Of a DNA stretch of 64,000 bases, positions 29,583 through 39,336 are shown piece after piece (positions within the stretch are counted from its first letter, which is position 1; the number at the start of each line of letters is the position of its first letter). The stretch covers positions 7,131 to 71,130 of the forward strand of contig JAUMCZ010000031.1 in the NCBI GenBank assembly GCA_032122215.1, written 5' to 3'. Both the position numbers and the translations under genes were made by a program. Under the pieces are notes generated by a model. That model did no database searches. It worked only from the letters and a program-made list of their open reading frames with translations, and was not told the origin of the DNA. The stretch comes from Caulobacter sp. GTDB lineage: Bacteria > Pseudomonadota > Alphaproteobacteria > Caulobacterales > Caulobacteraceae.

Positions 29583-31472
29583 ATGCTCCAGATCAACGAA
29601 CTGACATTCAACGCATGGGGCAGACGCTTCTTCGACAAGGCGTCAGTGACCCTGCCGACCGGGGGGAAGATCGGCCTGGTCGGTCGGAACGGCATCGGCA
29701 AGTCGACCCTGTTCAAGCTGATCCTCGGCGAGCTGCACGGCGGCGAGGACGAGATCAAGATCCCCAAGGCCGCCCGTATCGGCACCGTGGCCCAGGAGCA
29801 TCCGGCCACCCCGGTCTCCCTGCTCGACACGGTTCTTGAGGCCGACGAGGAACGCCACAGCCTGATGACCCGGCTGGAGACCGCCGATCCCGAGGAGATG
29901 GGCGACATCTGGACCCGGCTGATCGAGATCGACGCCGACTCGGCGCCGTCGCGGGCCTCCGAAATCCTCGCCGGCCTCGGCTTCAGCAATGAAGACCTGA
30001 CCCGGCCGATGGCGGAGTTCTCCGGCGGCTGGCGGATGCGCGTGGCCCTGGCCGCCGCCCTGTTCAGCCAGCCGGACCTGCTGCTGCTCGACGAGCCGAC
30101 CAACTATCTCGACCTCGAAGGCGCCCTCTGGCTCGAGGCGCGGCTGAAGAAGTATCCGCACACCGCCCTGATCATCAGCCACGACGGGGAATTGCTCAAT
30201 AATTCCTGCGGTTACATCCTGCATGTTCGTGAGGGAAAGCTCGACCTCTACACCGGCGGCTACGACAGCTTTGAAGAGCAGCGCGCCGAAAAGGCCCGCC
30301 TGGCCGAGGCCATGCGCGGCAAGATCGAAGCCAAGCGCGCCCATATGCAGGCCTTCGTCGACCGCTTCCGCGCCACCGCGTCAAAGGCCACCCAGGCCCA
30401 GTCGCGCCTGAAGATGCTGCAGAAGCTGCCGCCGGTGACGATGACCCTGGAGGAGCGCACAGCCCCCTTCACCATCCCCTCCCCGACCCGGCCCCTGGCG
30501 CCGCCGCTGGTGCGGCTGGACAACGCCACGGTCGGCTATGGCGGCCCGCCGATCCTCAAGAACCTCAACCTGCGGATGGATGTCGACGATCGCATCGGCC
30601 TGCTGGGCGTCAACGGGGCCGGCAAGTCGACCTTCGCCAAGATGATCGCCGGCGCCCTGCCCATCCAGTCGGGCGACCTGCACCGCGATCGCCGCATCAA
30701 GGTCGGCTGGTTCCACCAGCACCAGATCGAGGCCCTCGATCCGGTCGATACGCCGATGGACATCATCCGCCGCGCCCTCCCCGAGTCCAGCGAATCGCAG
30801 CGCCGCTCGAAACTGGCCCAGTGGGGCATCAGCTACGAAAAGGCGGAAACCACCGTCGCCAACCTGTCCGGCGGCGAGCGCGCGCGGCTGCTGCTCAACA
30901 TGGTGGCGATGGAAGCGCCCCACCTGCTGATCCTCGACGAACCGACCAACCACCTCGACATCGACAGCCGCCGGGCTCTGCTCGATGCGCTCAACGACTA
31001 CCGCGGCGCCGTCATCCTGATCACCCACGACCGTTCGCTGATGGAGCTGGTCGCCGACCGGCTGTGGCTGGCCGCCGACGGCGGCGTGAAGAATTTCGAC
31101 GGCGACATGGACGACTACGCCAAGTTCGTCCTCGACCGCGCCCGCGTCGCCGCCCGCGCCCCGACCCAGGTCAGGGGCGAGGAGCCCAAGCCGACCGTCA
31201 ACACCAAGGCCCCCCTCGCGTCCAACCGCGATCCGGCGGCCGCGGCCGGCCCGCTGAAGCGCAAGCTGACGGCGGCCGAGGAGACCCTGGCCCGGGTGAC
31301 GAAGCAGCTGGCCGAGATCGACGAAAAGCTGGGTGATCCGAACCTCTATGTCCGCGATCCCACCGCCGCAGCCGACCTCGGCAAGCGACGGACGAAGATC
31401 CAGGCGCAGGTTGATGAAGCGGAAGCGGTCTGGATGGCGGCGGCCGAGGCGCTGGAAGCGGTCGCCGGCTGA
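29583..31472 (+). CDS. ABC-F family ATP-binding protein (YheS-like)
   Basis: Two ABC cassettes (GRNGIGKS/FSGGWRMR/LLLDEPTN and GVNGAGKS/LSGGERAR/ILDEPTN), no transmembrane segments, C-terminal coiled coil. Confidence 0.93.
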   Translation: MLQINELTFNAWGRRFFDKASVTLPTGGKIGLVGRNGIGKSTLFKLILGELHGGEDEIKIPKAARIGTVAQEHPATPVSLLDTVLEADEERHSLMTRLETADPEEMGDIWTRLIEIDADSAPSRASEILAGLGFSNEDLTRPMAEFSGGWRMRVALAAALFSQPDLLLLDEPTNYLDLEGALWLEARLKKYPHTALIISHDGELLNNSCGYILHVREGKLDLYTGGYDSFEEQRAEKARLAEAMRGKIEAKRAHMQAFVDRFRATASKATQAQSRLKMLQKLPPVTMTLEERTAPFTIPSPTRPLAPPLVRLDNATVGYGGPPILKNLNLRMDVDDRIGLLGVNGAGKSTFAKMIAGALPIQSGDLHRDRRIKVGWFHQHQIEALDPVDTPMDIIRRALPESSESQRRSKLAQWGISYEKAETTVANLSGGERARLLLNMVAMEAPHLLILDEPTNHLDIDSRRALLDALNDYRGAVILITHDRSLMELVADRLWLAADGGVKNFDGDMDDYAKFVLDRARVAARAPTQVRGEEPKPTVNTKAPLASNRDPAAAAGPLKRKLTAAEETLARVTKQLAEIDEKLGDPNLYVRDPTAAADLGKRRTKIQAQVDEAEAVWMAAAEALEAVAG

Positions 31473-31581
31473 TCTGCGACCAATTTGACGGGTTCGATGA
31501 TTCTTTCGTCGAGCCGGCAACTATCCGGCTGCCCGTACGTAACTGCCTCCAGTAACCACAGCTTTTCAGGCAGTTCCAAAA

Positions 31582-34311
31582 ATGCGTACGACCACTAACC
31601 TCACGGGCCAAGGGCTCGTGAGCTCCGCCCCGCGCGCCCGATCCGGCGCCCGCACCCGCAATCTCCTCCTGTCCACCGCCTCGACCGCCATCGGCGGCTT
31701 CCTGGCTCTGGCCGCCATCGGCGCCCCCGGTGTCGCCATGGCGCAGGACGAATGCGGCATCGCCGCGCCGGGCGGTGACACGGTCACCTGCACCTCGGCC
31801 GGCAACCCCTATCCGAACGGCATCACCTATTTCACCCCGGGCGGCGACCTGACCATCAACCTCGACGGTGACGTGGTCGTCGACACCAGCGGCGGTCTCA
31901 ACGCGGGCATTCTCGGCCTCGGTCTCGGCACGGACGCCCTGACGATCAACGGCCTGACCGGCGCCTCGATCACCACCGACGCCGACGGCGGCTTCGGCAT
32001 CCTCGGGGTTACCACTGACGGCGATCTGGCGATCAACATCAGCACCATCAACACCAGCGGTGTGAACGCCTTCGGCATCGTCGGCGGTTCGGCCACCGGC
32101 AATGTCACCGTCAACGCCGGCACGATCTCGACCACCGGCCTCGGCGCCAACGCCATCGACATCCTGACCAACAGCGGCGACGTCGCCATCTCCGGCCTCA
32201 ACATCCGCACCACGGGCGACAATGCCTTCGCGGTGAACGCCAGCAGCGACGCCGGCGGCGACGTCTCCGTCACGGGCGGAACCTTCAGCACCACGGGCGC
32301 CGGTTCGGTCGGCATCCGCGCCAACGCCGATCTCGGCAGCGTCTCGGTCACCCCGACGACGGTAACTACCACGGGCGCCAATGCCACCGGCGTTCTGGTT
32401 ACCTCGAACGGCGTCGCCACCATCGGTGTCGGCCGCGTCGCCGTCACCGGCCTCGGGGCTTCGGGCATCGTCGCGACCAGCGCCACTGACGCGGTGAACG
32501 TCAACGTCAACGGCGCCGGGGTCACCTCGGCCCAGGCCGACGCCATGACCCTGAACGGCCTCACGGTCTCGGTGAACAGCCAGGCGGGCTCGGTCATCAA
32601 TGGCCAAGCCGCGGGCATCCGCGCGATCTCGACCAACGGCACGGGCGTCACCAACCGCGGAACCATCGGCTCCTCGGCCGGCTACGCCATTGATGTCAGC
32701 GGCGGCCTCGCCACCATCACCAACGTCTCCGGCGGCGTGATCAACGGCCGCGTGCGGCTGACCGACAACGCCGACGTCGTCAACAACGCCGGCACGTTCA
32801 ACGCGGCGGGCGTCAGCCTGTTCGGGGCCGGCGCCGACACCGTCAGCAACACCGGAACCTGGAACGCCAACGCCGGGGCCGACTTCGGCGCGGGCGCCGA
32901 CGTCTTCAACAACGCGGGCAACTTCAACGTCCTCAACGGCGCCTTCCCGGTCGGCAACGTCACCTTCGCCAACCTGGAAACCTTCAACAACACCGGCCGC
33001 GTCTCGCTGCAGAACGGCCGCGCGGGTGACAGCTTCACCCTTCCGGGCGTCTTCAACGGCGGCGCTGGCAGCCGTCTCGCCCTGGACGTCAACTTCACCG
33101 GCGCCACGCCGGTGGCCGATCGCCTGATCATCGGCTCGGCGACCGGCTCGACCGGCGTGCAGGTCAACAATGTCGGCGGCGGGGTCCTGACCCCCGGTGT
33201 CGTCATCGTCGACGGCGCGACGGCCTCGGCGACCTCGGCCTTCGTGCTCGACCCGTCGAACGTCAACCTCGACCTGGTCCAGTACCAGATCGTCTATGAC
33301 GCCCCCTCGGCCAACTTCCTGCTCATCGGCACGCCGCAAAGCGTCGTCTTCCAGCAGGTCCTGGCCGGCGAAGCGGCAGCCAACCTGTGGCGCAAGACGG
33401 GCGAGAGCTGGTCCAACCACATGGCCAGCGTCCGTGACGGCGCCTGGGCCGGCGACCCGATGGCGATGAGCGATGGCGCCCATGTCTGGGGTGAATTCCA
33501 CGGCGGCCTCGAAGGCCGTGAGGCCGACGGCGCCTACACGACCTTCGGTGTCAACCAGACGGTCAACCTGGGCTACGAGCAGCAGTACGGCGGCTTCCAG
33601 GGCGGCATCGACTGGTATCGCAGCATGGGCTCCGGCACCCTGGCGCTGGGCGTCACCGGCGGTTACGCCGGCGCCTACCTCGACTTCGAGGACAGCGGTG
33701 GCAGCATCGACTTCACCGGCTTCAACGTCGGCGCGTCGGTCGGCTACAGCATGGGCGGCCTGTTCGTTAACGGCCTGGTCAAGGCTGACATCCTGCAGGG
33801 CGACACCACCTTCGCCAACGTGGCCCAGCGCGCCGAATTCGACGCCCAGGCCTATGGTGCGACCCTGGAAGGCGGCTACCGCTTCGGCGGCTCGAGCTTC
33901 TTCATCGAGCCGGTGGCCAGCCTCTCCTACGTCCGCACCGAACTGGACGACTTCGACATCCTGAACTCGACGATCAGCTTCGACGACAACGACAGTCTGC
34001 GTGGCAAGCTCGGCGTTCGCGGTGGCGGCGTCTGGAACATGAGCAGCGGCGGACGGGTCATCCCCTACGCCGCCGTCTATGCGGTCGAAGAGTTCGAGGG
34101 CGAAGACGGCCTGACCTTCACCAACGGCGGACTCGACGTGCCGATCGCCAGCCTCGCGCCGGACACCTACGGCCAGGCGCAACTGGGCCTGGGCTTCTCG
34201 CCCTGGACCGGTCCGCTGTCGGGCTTCACCGGCTATGTCCAGGCTGACGGCAACTTTGGCAACGACATGCACGGTGGCGGCGTCCGCCTCGGCTTCCGCT
34301 TCAAGTGGTAG
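31582..34311 (+). CDS. Autotransporter outer-membrane protein with Gly/Thr/Asn-rich beta-helical passenger
   Basis: Long signal peptide, repetitive I.T.G..A.GI units, DRLII.SATGST autochaperone-like region, C-terminal beta-barrel ending GFRFKW. Confidence 0.85.
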   Translation: MRTTTNLTGQGLVSSAPRARSGARTRNLLLSTASTAIGGFLALAAIGAPGVAMAQDECGIAAPGGDTVTCTSAGNPYPNGITYFTPGGDLTINLDGDVVVDTSGGLNAGILGLGLGTDALTINGLTGASITTDADGGFGILGVTTDGDLAINISTINTSGVNAFGIVGGSATGNVTVNAGTISTTGLGANAIDILTNSGDVAISGLNIRTTGDNAFAVNASSDAGGDVSVTGGTFSTTGAGSVGIRANADLGSVSVTPTTVTTTGANATGVLVTSNGVATIGVGRVAVTGLGASGIVATSATDAVNVNVNGAGVTSAQADAMTLNGLTVSVNSQAGSVINGQAAGIRAISTNGTGVTNRGTIGSSAGYAIDVSGGLATITNVSGGVINGRVRLTDNADVVNNAGTFNAAGVSLFGAGADTVSNTGTWNANAGADFGAGADVFNNAGNFNVLNGAFPVGNVTFANLETFNNTGRVSLQNGRAGDSFTLPGVFNGGAGSRLALDVNFTGATPVADRLIIGSATGSTGVQVNNVGGGVLTPGVVIVDGATASATSAFVLDPSNVNLDLVQYQIVYDAPSANFLLIGTPQSVVFQQVLAGEAAANLWRKTGESWSNHMASVRDGAWAGDPMAMSDGAHVWGEFHGGLEGREADGAYTTFGVNQTVNLGYEQQYGGFQGGIDWYRSMGSGTLALGVTGGYAGAYLDFEDSGGSIDFTGFNVGASVGYSMGGLFVNGLVKADILQGDTTFANVAQRAEFDAQAYGATLEGGYRFGGSSFFIEPVASLSYVRTELDDFDILNSTISFDDNDSLRGKLGVRGGGVWNMSSGGRVIPYAAVYAVEEFEGEDGLTFTNGGLDVPIASLAPDTYGQAQLGLGFSPWTGPLSGFTGYVQADGNFGNDMHGGGVRLGFRFKW

Positions 34312-34336
34312 GCTGAAGGTCGTCTGACCTGAAAAG

Positions 34337-34373
34337 AACCCCCGGTCGCGCCCGCGGCCGGGGGTTTTTCTTT
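34337..34373 (+). terminator. Intrinsic terminator after the autotransporter
   Basis: AACCCCCGGTCGCG-cc-CGCGGCCGGGGGTT followed by TTTCTTT. Confidence 0.8.
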
Positions 34374-34415
34374 ATCGCAAGTCGAGCACCTCATCCCGCC
34401 GGCGGGAGGTCGGAG

Positions 34416-34751
34416 TCACCCGCACTTCACGTCCTTGATGATGCCGGTATCGAGATCGAAGACGATGTTCAGCCGCTCGGGGTTGTAGTCCATCGTCACC
34501 GCGCAGGTGGAACAGGTCATCCGCCGCTTGGTTGGATCAACCGGAACCGGCGCTTCGCTCCTGGGCCGGCCGACCAGATACTGCAGCGCCCTGGCCCCGC
34601 AGGTGTCCTTCGGCTCCTGGGCCGGCATCGACGTCGGCGTTTCCACCTTTGGCGGCGGCGGCGGAGTCGGCGCGGGCGCAGGCTCGGGCGTGGCGCAGGC
34701 GAACAGGGCCATCAGACCGAGAACTGAAACCGTCGCGCGAACCGTCTTCAT
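34416..34751 (-). CDS. Peptidase inhibitor I78 family lipoprotein
   Basis: Lipobox LFA-C; DTCGA...LVG, VTMDYNPERLNI, terminal VKCG. Confidence 0.85.
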   Translation of the reverse strand: MKTVRATVSVLGLMALFACATPEPAPAPTPPPPPKVETPTSMPAQEPKDTCGARALQYLVGRPRSEAPVPVDPTKRRMTCSTCAVTMDYNPERLNIVFDLDTGIIKDVKCG

Positions 34752-35209
34752 GCCTGCTTCTCCCAACCTTTTCGTTCGCCCTGCCGCCAATAGGATGCCG
34801 GCAGCCCTTGCGCCTTCACAGATTTCCACAGCCCCCGCGCCCCGGCCAGCGCCTCCTCGTCGCGACCGTCGAACAGGACGATGCAGCGTTCGTAGGGCTT
34901 CAGGTCGCCGGGTTGGGCGCCATCAATCAGGAACAACGCCTGGGCGCCGTTCGGGTTGTCCTCGCCCGTCGTCAGCAACACCGGCTGATGATCGGCGAAC
35001 GGCTCGTCCATGACCCCATGCGGCAGGAAACCGTCCTCCTGGAAGGTCCAGAGGAAGCTATCCAGCTGCTCCAGGCGCTCGGGCACACTGGTGCGCACGA
35101 GGGCGCGCCAGCCGCGCTGCAGGGTCTTGGCCAGCAACTCGGGCAGCACCTGATCGAGCGTCGAGCGCTCCAGGTGATAAAACCAGACCTCGCAGGGCGC
35201 TGCCCCCAT
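34748..35209 (-). CDS. holC: DNA polymerase III chi subunit
   Basis: VWFYHL, LPELLAKTL.RGWR, LDSFLWTF..DGFLPHG, QPVLL, ERCIVLFDG. Confidence 0.92.
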   Translation of the reverse strand: MGAAPCEVWFYHLERSTLDQVLPELLAKTLQRGWRALVRTSVPERLEQLDSFLWTFQEDGFLPHGVMDEPFADHQPVLLTTGEDNPNGAQALFLIDGAQPGDLKPYERCIVLFDGRDEEALAGARGLWKSVKAQGLPASYWRQGERKGWEKQA

Positions 35210-35225
35210 CTACACTCCAACCTAT

Positions 35226-35357
35226 CGTCATCCCGGCCGTAGCGCGCAGCGCGGAGAGCCGGGACCCAGGGGCCGCAAGCACCGCCATCGCAGCGGCGAT
35301 ACAGCGCCCCTGCCCTCCCTGGGTCCCGGATCGGCCTGGCGGCCGTCCGGGATGACG
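35226..35357. repeat. REP/MITE-like intergenic element, family A, copy 2 (inverted relative to copy 1)
   Basis: CGTCATCCCGG...CCGGGATGACG termini; its right arm is the reverse complement of the copy-1 left arm except in a small hairpin. Confidence 0.85.
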
Positions 35358-35385
35358 GAAGGAAGGGGCGCGGCAAGATCGAAGG

Positions 35386-36864
35386 CTAACCCTCGTAGTT
35401 GTCGGCGACCATCTGGTTCAGCAGGCGCACGCCGAAACCCGTGGCGCCGTCCGGAATGGTCGGATCGGTCGACGGCTTTTTCCAGGCGGTGCCGGCGATA
35501 TCCAGGTGCGCCCAGGGCGTCTTGTTGACGAAGCGCTGCAGGAACAGGCCGGCCGTGATCGAACCGCCCGCGCGGCCGCCGGTGTTCTTCACATCGGCGA
35601 TCATGCTGTCGATCTGCTTCTCGTAGGCCGGCGGCAGCGGCATGCGCCAAAGTTGCTCGCCGGTCGCTTTCGAAGCCGCCAGCAGGTTTTCCGACAGCGC
35701 GTCGTTGTTGCTGAACAGGCCGCTGACGTCGTTGCCCAGCGAGATGATGATCGCCCCGGTCAGGGTGGCCAGATCGACCATGAACTGCGGCTTGAAGCGG
35801 TCCTGGCAGTACCAGAGGGCGTCGGCCAGAACGAGGCGGCCCTCGGCGTCGGTGTTGATGATCTCGATGGTCTGGCCCGACATCGAGGTGACCACGTCGC
35901 CCGGACGCTGGGCGTTGCCGTCCGGCATGTTCTCGACGAGACCCAGGATGCCGACCACGTTGGCCTTGGCCTTGCGACCGGCGATGACGTGCATCAGCCC
36001 GGCCACGGCGGCCGAGCCGCCCATGTCCCACTTCATGTCTTCCATGCCGTCGGCCGGCTTGATCGAGATGCCGCCGGTGTCGAAGGTCACGCCCTTGCCG
36101 ACGAAGGCGATGGGCTGGGCGTCGCCGCCGCCCTTCCACTGGATGACGACCAGCTGGCTGTCACGGATCGAGCCCTGGCCGACGCCGAGCAGGGAGCCCA
36201 TGCCCAGCTTGGCCATCTCGGCCTCACCGAGGATCTCGACTTCCAGGCCCAGGGATTCCAGCGCCTTGATGCGCTGGGCGTAGCTTTCCGGGTGGAGGAC
36301 GTTCGGCGGCTCGGAGACAAGGTCGCGGCTGAAGAAGATGGCGTCCGCCAGCGCCTTGAGATCGCCCCAGGCGGCCCCGGCGGCGGCCGGATCGTCGACG
36401 GCGACCTTCACGGTCTCGATCGAGGGCTTCTTGTCGGCCTTCTCGGTGGTCCGGTACTTGTCGAAGCGGTAGCTGGCCAGGGTGGCGCCGAAGGCGGCGC
36501 GGGCCCCCTCCTCGCCGCTGGCGCCCGGCAGCAGCAGGGTCAGGGTCGAGGCGCCGCTGGTCTTGGTCGCCTGGTAGGCCGAGGCGCCGAAGGTCTCGGC
36601 CGACTCGGCGTTCCACTCGCCGTCGCCGACGCCCAGCAGGGTGATGCGGGCGTTCTCGCGACCGGTCGGGGCGATCAGCTCCAGGCTGGCGCCCTTGGCG
36701 CCCTTGAAGCGGCCGGCGGCCACGGCCCGGGCCAGCGCCCCGCTGGTGGCCTTGTCCAGGTCCTGCGCGCCTTCCGACAGCTTGCCGCCATCGATGATGG
36801 CCGTGGCGATGGCCTCGTCGGCCGGGGGATTGGCCCGATCGACCGAAACGAACTCAATACGCAT
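35386..36864 (-). CDS. pepA: Leucyl aminopeptidase (M17)
   Basis: VGKGVTFDTGGISIK, MKWDMGGSAAV, NTDAEGRLVLAD, DLATLTGA, WAHLDIAGT. Confidence 0.96.
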   Translation of the reverse strand: MRIEFVSVDRANPPADEAIATAIIDGGKLSEGAQDLDKATSGALARAVAAGRFKGAKGASLELIAPTGRENARITLLGVGDGEWNAESAETFGASAYQATKTSGASTLTLLLPGASGEEGARAAFGATLASYRFDKYRTTEKADKKPSIETVKVAVDDPAAAGAAWGDLKALADAIFFSRDLVSEPPNVLHPESYAQRIKALESLGLEVEILGEAEMAKLGMGSLLGVGQGSIRDSQLVVIQWKGGGDAQPIAFVGKGVTFDTGGISIKPADGMEDMKWDMGGSAAVAGLMHVIAGRKAKANVVGILGLVENMPDGNAQRPGDVVTSMSGQTIEIINTDAEGRLVLADALWYCQDRFKPQFMVDLATLTGAIIISLGNDVSGLFSNNDALSENLLAASKATGEQLWRMPLPPAYEKQIDSMIADVKNTGGRAGGSITAGLFLQRFVNKTPWAHLDIAGTAWKKPSTDPTIPDGATGFGVRLLNQMVADNYEG

Positions 36865-37040
36865 GACGCGCTCCTGAAAATGTCTTGGGCTGCGAGATAG
36901 GCCTTTCCGCGTGATTGGGGAAGCCGGAGGAATTCGCCCCGCAGAGCAAGGAATCGCGACCGTCCGGGTTCCGTTCGACGCCAACGCGCACTACTAACAA
37001 CCCTTCCGCGGCCCGTCAGAGGCCGAGCATCCAAGTCCGC

Positions 37041-38192
37041 ATGCGCCTGATCGAACGCTACCTCTTTGGCCAGCTGCTATGGCCCACGCTGCTGGCGACG
37101 GCGGCGCTCGCGGCCGTGGGCCTGCTGAGCCAGAGCCTAGGCCAGCTCGACATCATCATCGAGCAGCGTCAGAGCGCCTGGATCTATCTGCAGATCATCG
37201 TCCTGGCCATGCCGCAGCTGGCCAACCTGATCATCCCCATCGCCGTGCTGGTCGCCGCCTTCGTGGCGCTGAACAAGCTGCAGGGCGATCAGGAGCTGGT
37301 GGTCTGCTACGCCGGCGGCATGAGTCGCTGGCGGGTGATCAGCCCGGCGATAAAGCTGGCGACACTGGCCACCCTGACCTGCCTGGTTATCAACCTGTGG
37401 GTCCAGCCGGCGGCCTATCGCGAATACCGCAAGCTGATCTTCCAGGCCAAGACGGACCTCGCCGCCATGCTGGTCGTCGAGGGGCAGTTTTCCGACCCGG
37501 CCCCGCGCCTGACCGTCTATGGCCAGACCGTCGACAGCAATGGCGCCATCCACAACCTCTTCATCCACCAGATGACCGAGGACGGTCAGGCCACCACCTA
37601 CACCGCCAAGGAAGGCCAGGTTCTGTTCAAGAACGGCGCACCGCTGCTGCTCATGCGCCACGGCTCGACCCAGGAATTTTCCGAGCGCGGCGTCCTCAAC
37701 TACCTGACCTTCGACGAGTACGCCCTGGACCTGAAGCCGTACCTGAACAGCAACGAGACCATCCGGTTCAAGGCCTCTGACCGCTACCTGCACGAGCTCT
37801 TCTATCCGGACCTGTCTCAGGAGTACGAGAAGAAGAACCGCAAGCGCATGCTGGCCGAGGGCAATTCCCGCCTGGCCTCTCCGCTCTACGCCCTGGCCTT
37901 CATGGTCATGGCCCTGGCCGCCGTGGTCGGCGCCGGCTTCAACCGCATGGGCTATGCCCGGCGCATCGCCCTGATCGGGGCGGCCGCCGCCCTGGTCCGG
38001 ATCATCGGCTTTGCGGTGCAGGCCGCCTGCGAAGACAATGTCGCCTTCAACGTCCTGCAGTACGCGATCCCCATCGGGGCGATGATCTGGGGCTTCGACC
38101 AGGTGTTCCGCCCGGTCGAGAGCCGTCACGGCTGGCAGGCCTGGATCCCCTTCATGCGCATGCCGCGCTCTCCCTTTGGAGCCGCCGCATGA
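37041..38192 (+). CDS. lptF: LPS export ABC transporter permease LptF
   Basis: RLIERYL, multiple transmembrane helices, DQELVVCYAGGMSRWR; first gene of the lptFGD cluster. Confidence 0.88.
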   Translation: MRLIERYLFGQLLWPTLLATAALAAVGLLSQSLGQLDIIIEQRQSAWIYLQIIVLAMPQLANLIIPIAVLVAAFVALNKLQGDQELVVCYAGGMSRWRVISPAIKLATLATLTCLVINLWVQPAAYREYRKLIFQAKTDLAAMLVVEGQFSDPAPRLTVYGQTVDSNGAIHNLFIHQMTEDGQATTYTAKEGQVLFKNGAPLLLMRHGSTQEFSERGVLNYLTFDEYALDLKPYLNSNETIRFKASDRYLHELFYPDLSQEYEKKNRKRMLAEGNSRLASPLYALAFMVMALAAVVGAGFNRMGYARRIALIGAAAALVRIIGFAVQAACEDNVAFNVLQYAIPIGAMIWGFDQVFRPVESRHGWQAWIPFMRMPRSPFGAAA

Positions 38193-39295
38193 GACTGATG
38201 CCCGGACGCCTCGAGCGCTACGTCCTCAACCGCACCATGACCTCGGTCGCCGGGGCCCTGGCGATCATCGCCGCGGTCATCCTGCTGATCGATTTCGTCG
38301 ACGTGTCGCGCAATGTCGGCGGTCGCGCCGACGCGGGCTTTGTCGTGCTGCTGTGGCTGACCCTGCTCAAGGCGCCGTCGACCATCCTAACCCTGCTGCC
38401 GTTCGCTTTCCTGTTCGGCACCCTGGCGGCCTTCGTCGGCCTGAACCGGCGCAGCGAACTGATCGCCATGCGCGCCGCCGGCGTCTCGGCCTGGCGCTTC
38501 ATCCTGCCGGCCGCCGCCGCCGCCTTCGTGGTCGGGGCCCTGACCGTGGCCGTGCTCAATCCCATGGCCGCCTGGATGAACGTAAAGTTCGAGCAGGCCC
38601 GCACGGCGGTGATGGACGACTATCTCGCCAACGCCCCCAAGGAGACCTGGCTGCGCCAGACCGACGACCGCACCCAGGTGGTCATCCGCGCCCGCAGCCA
38701 CGATCAGGTCGAGGGCGTCGTGCGGCTGAAGGTCGTCTCGATGTTCATCTACCGCATCGAACCGGACGGCGGCCTGGAGTTCTCCCGCCGGGTCGAGGCG
38801 GCGGAGGCGCGGCTGATGCCGGGCTACTGGCGTCTGACCGATGTGCGCGAGGCGACGCCCGGCGCGGGATCGGTGCGCTCCGAAAGCCTGACCATCCCCT
38901 CGACCCTCGACGACCAGGCGGCCATCGAGCGGTTCACCACGCCCGAGGCCATCGCCTTCTGGCGCCTGCCGGCCACCATCGTCGGCACCGAGAAGGCCGG
39001 CTTCTCGGCCCTCGCCTATCGCCTGAGGCTGCAGCAATTGCTGGCCACGCCCATCCTGTTCTCGGCCATGTCCGTTCTCGCCGCCGCATTTTCGTTGCGC
39101 CTGATGCGGCTCGGCGGCCTGCCGGCCCTGGCCGGGTCGGGGGTGGTCCTTGGTTTCGCCTTCTTCTTCTTCAACCAAATGTGCATAGCGCTCGGCAGGG
39201 CGGAGATCATACCGGCCATTCTGGCGGCCTGGGCGCCGCCCTTGCTGGCGCTTTTGTCGGGGCTGACCCTGCTTTGCTATACGGAAGACGGGTGA
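38189..39295 (+). CDS. lptG: LPS export ABC transporter permease LptG
   Basis: LERYVL, RRSELIAMRAAGVSAWR, YjgP/Q-type transmembrane pattern; ATGA overlap. Confidence 0.9.
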   Translation: MRLMPGRLERYVLNRTMTSVAGALAIIAAVILLIDFVDVSRNVGGRADAGFVVLLWLTLLKAPSTILTLLPFAFLFGTLAAFVGLNRRSELIAMRAAGVSAWRFILPAAAAAFVVGALTVAVLNPMAAWMNVKFEQARTAVMDDYLANAPKETWLRQTDDRTQVVIRARSHDQVEGVVRLKVVSMFIYRIEPDGGLEFSRRVEAAEARLMPGYWRLTDVREATPGAGSVRSESLTIPSTLDDQAAIERFTTPEAIAFWRLPATIVGTEKAGFSALAYRLRLQQLLATPILFSAMSVLAAAFSLRLMRLGGLPALAGSGVVLGFAFFFFNQMCIALGRAEIIPAILAAWAPPLLALLSGLTLLCYTEDG

Positions 39296-39336
39296 CTCGC
39301 GGCCCTAGTGCTTCGCGAGAGGGAAACAGGGGTTAC

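Noticed and set aside
31198-34272. Very long opposite-strand ORFs (1024 aa here; also 18165-20546, 14231-16312, 39277-41538, 10255-12258)
   Set aside because: They are antisense shadows of well-supported genes, expected in high-GC DNA with GC3 bias, and carry no protein motifs.
38176-39336. Apparent 1151-aa LptD with a 387-aa N-terminal extension (similar extensions on the ABC-F, pepA, rpsF and aspS ORFs)
   Set aside because: The extensions overlap other real genes or promoter regions in a stop-poor frame; downstream ATGs give normal-length proteins.
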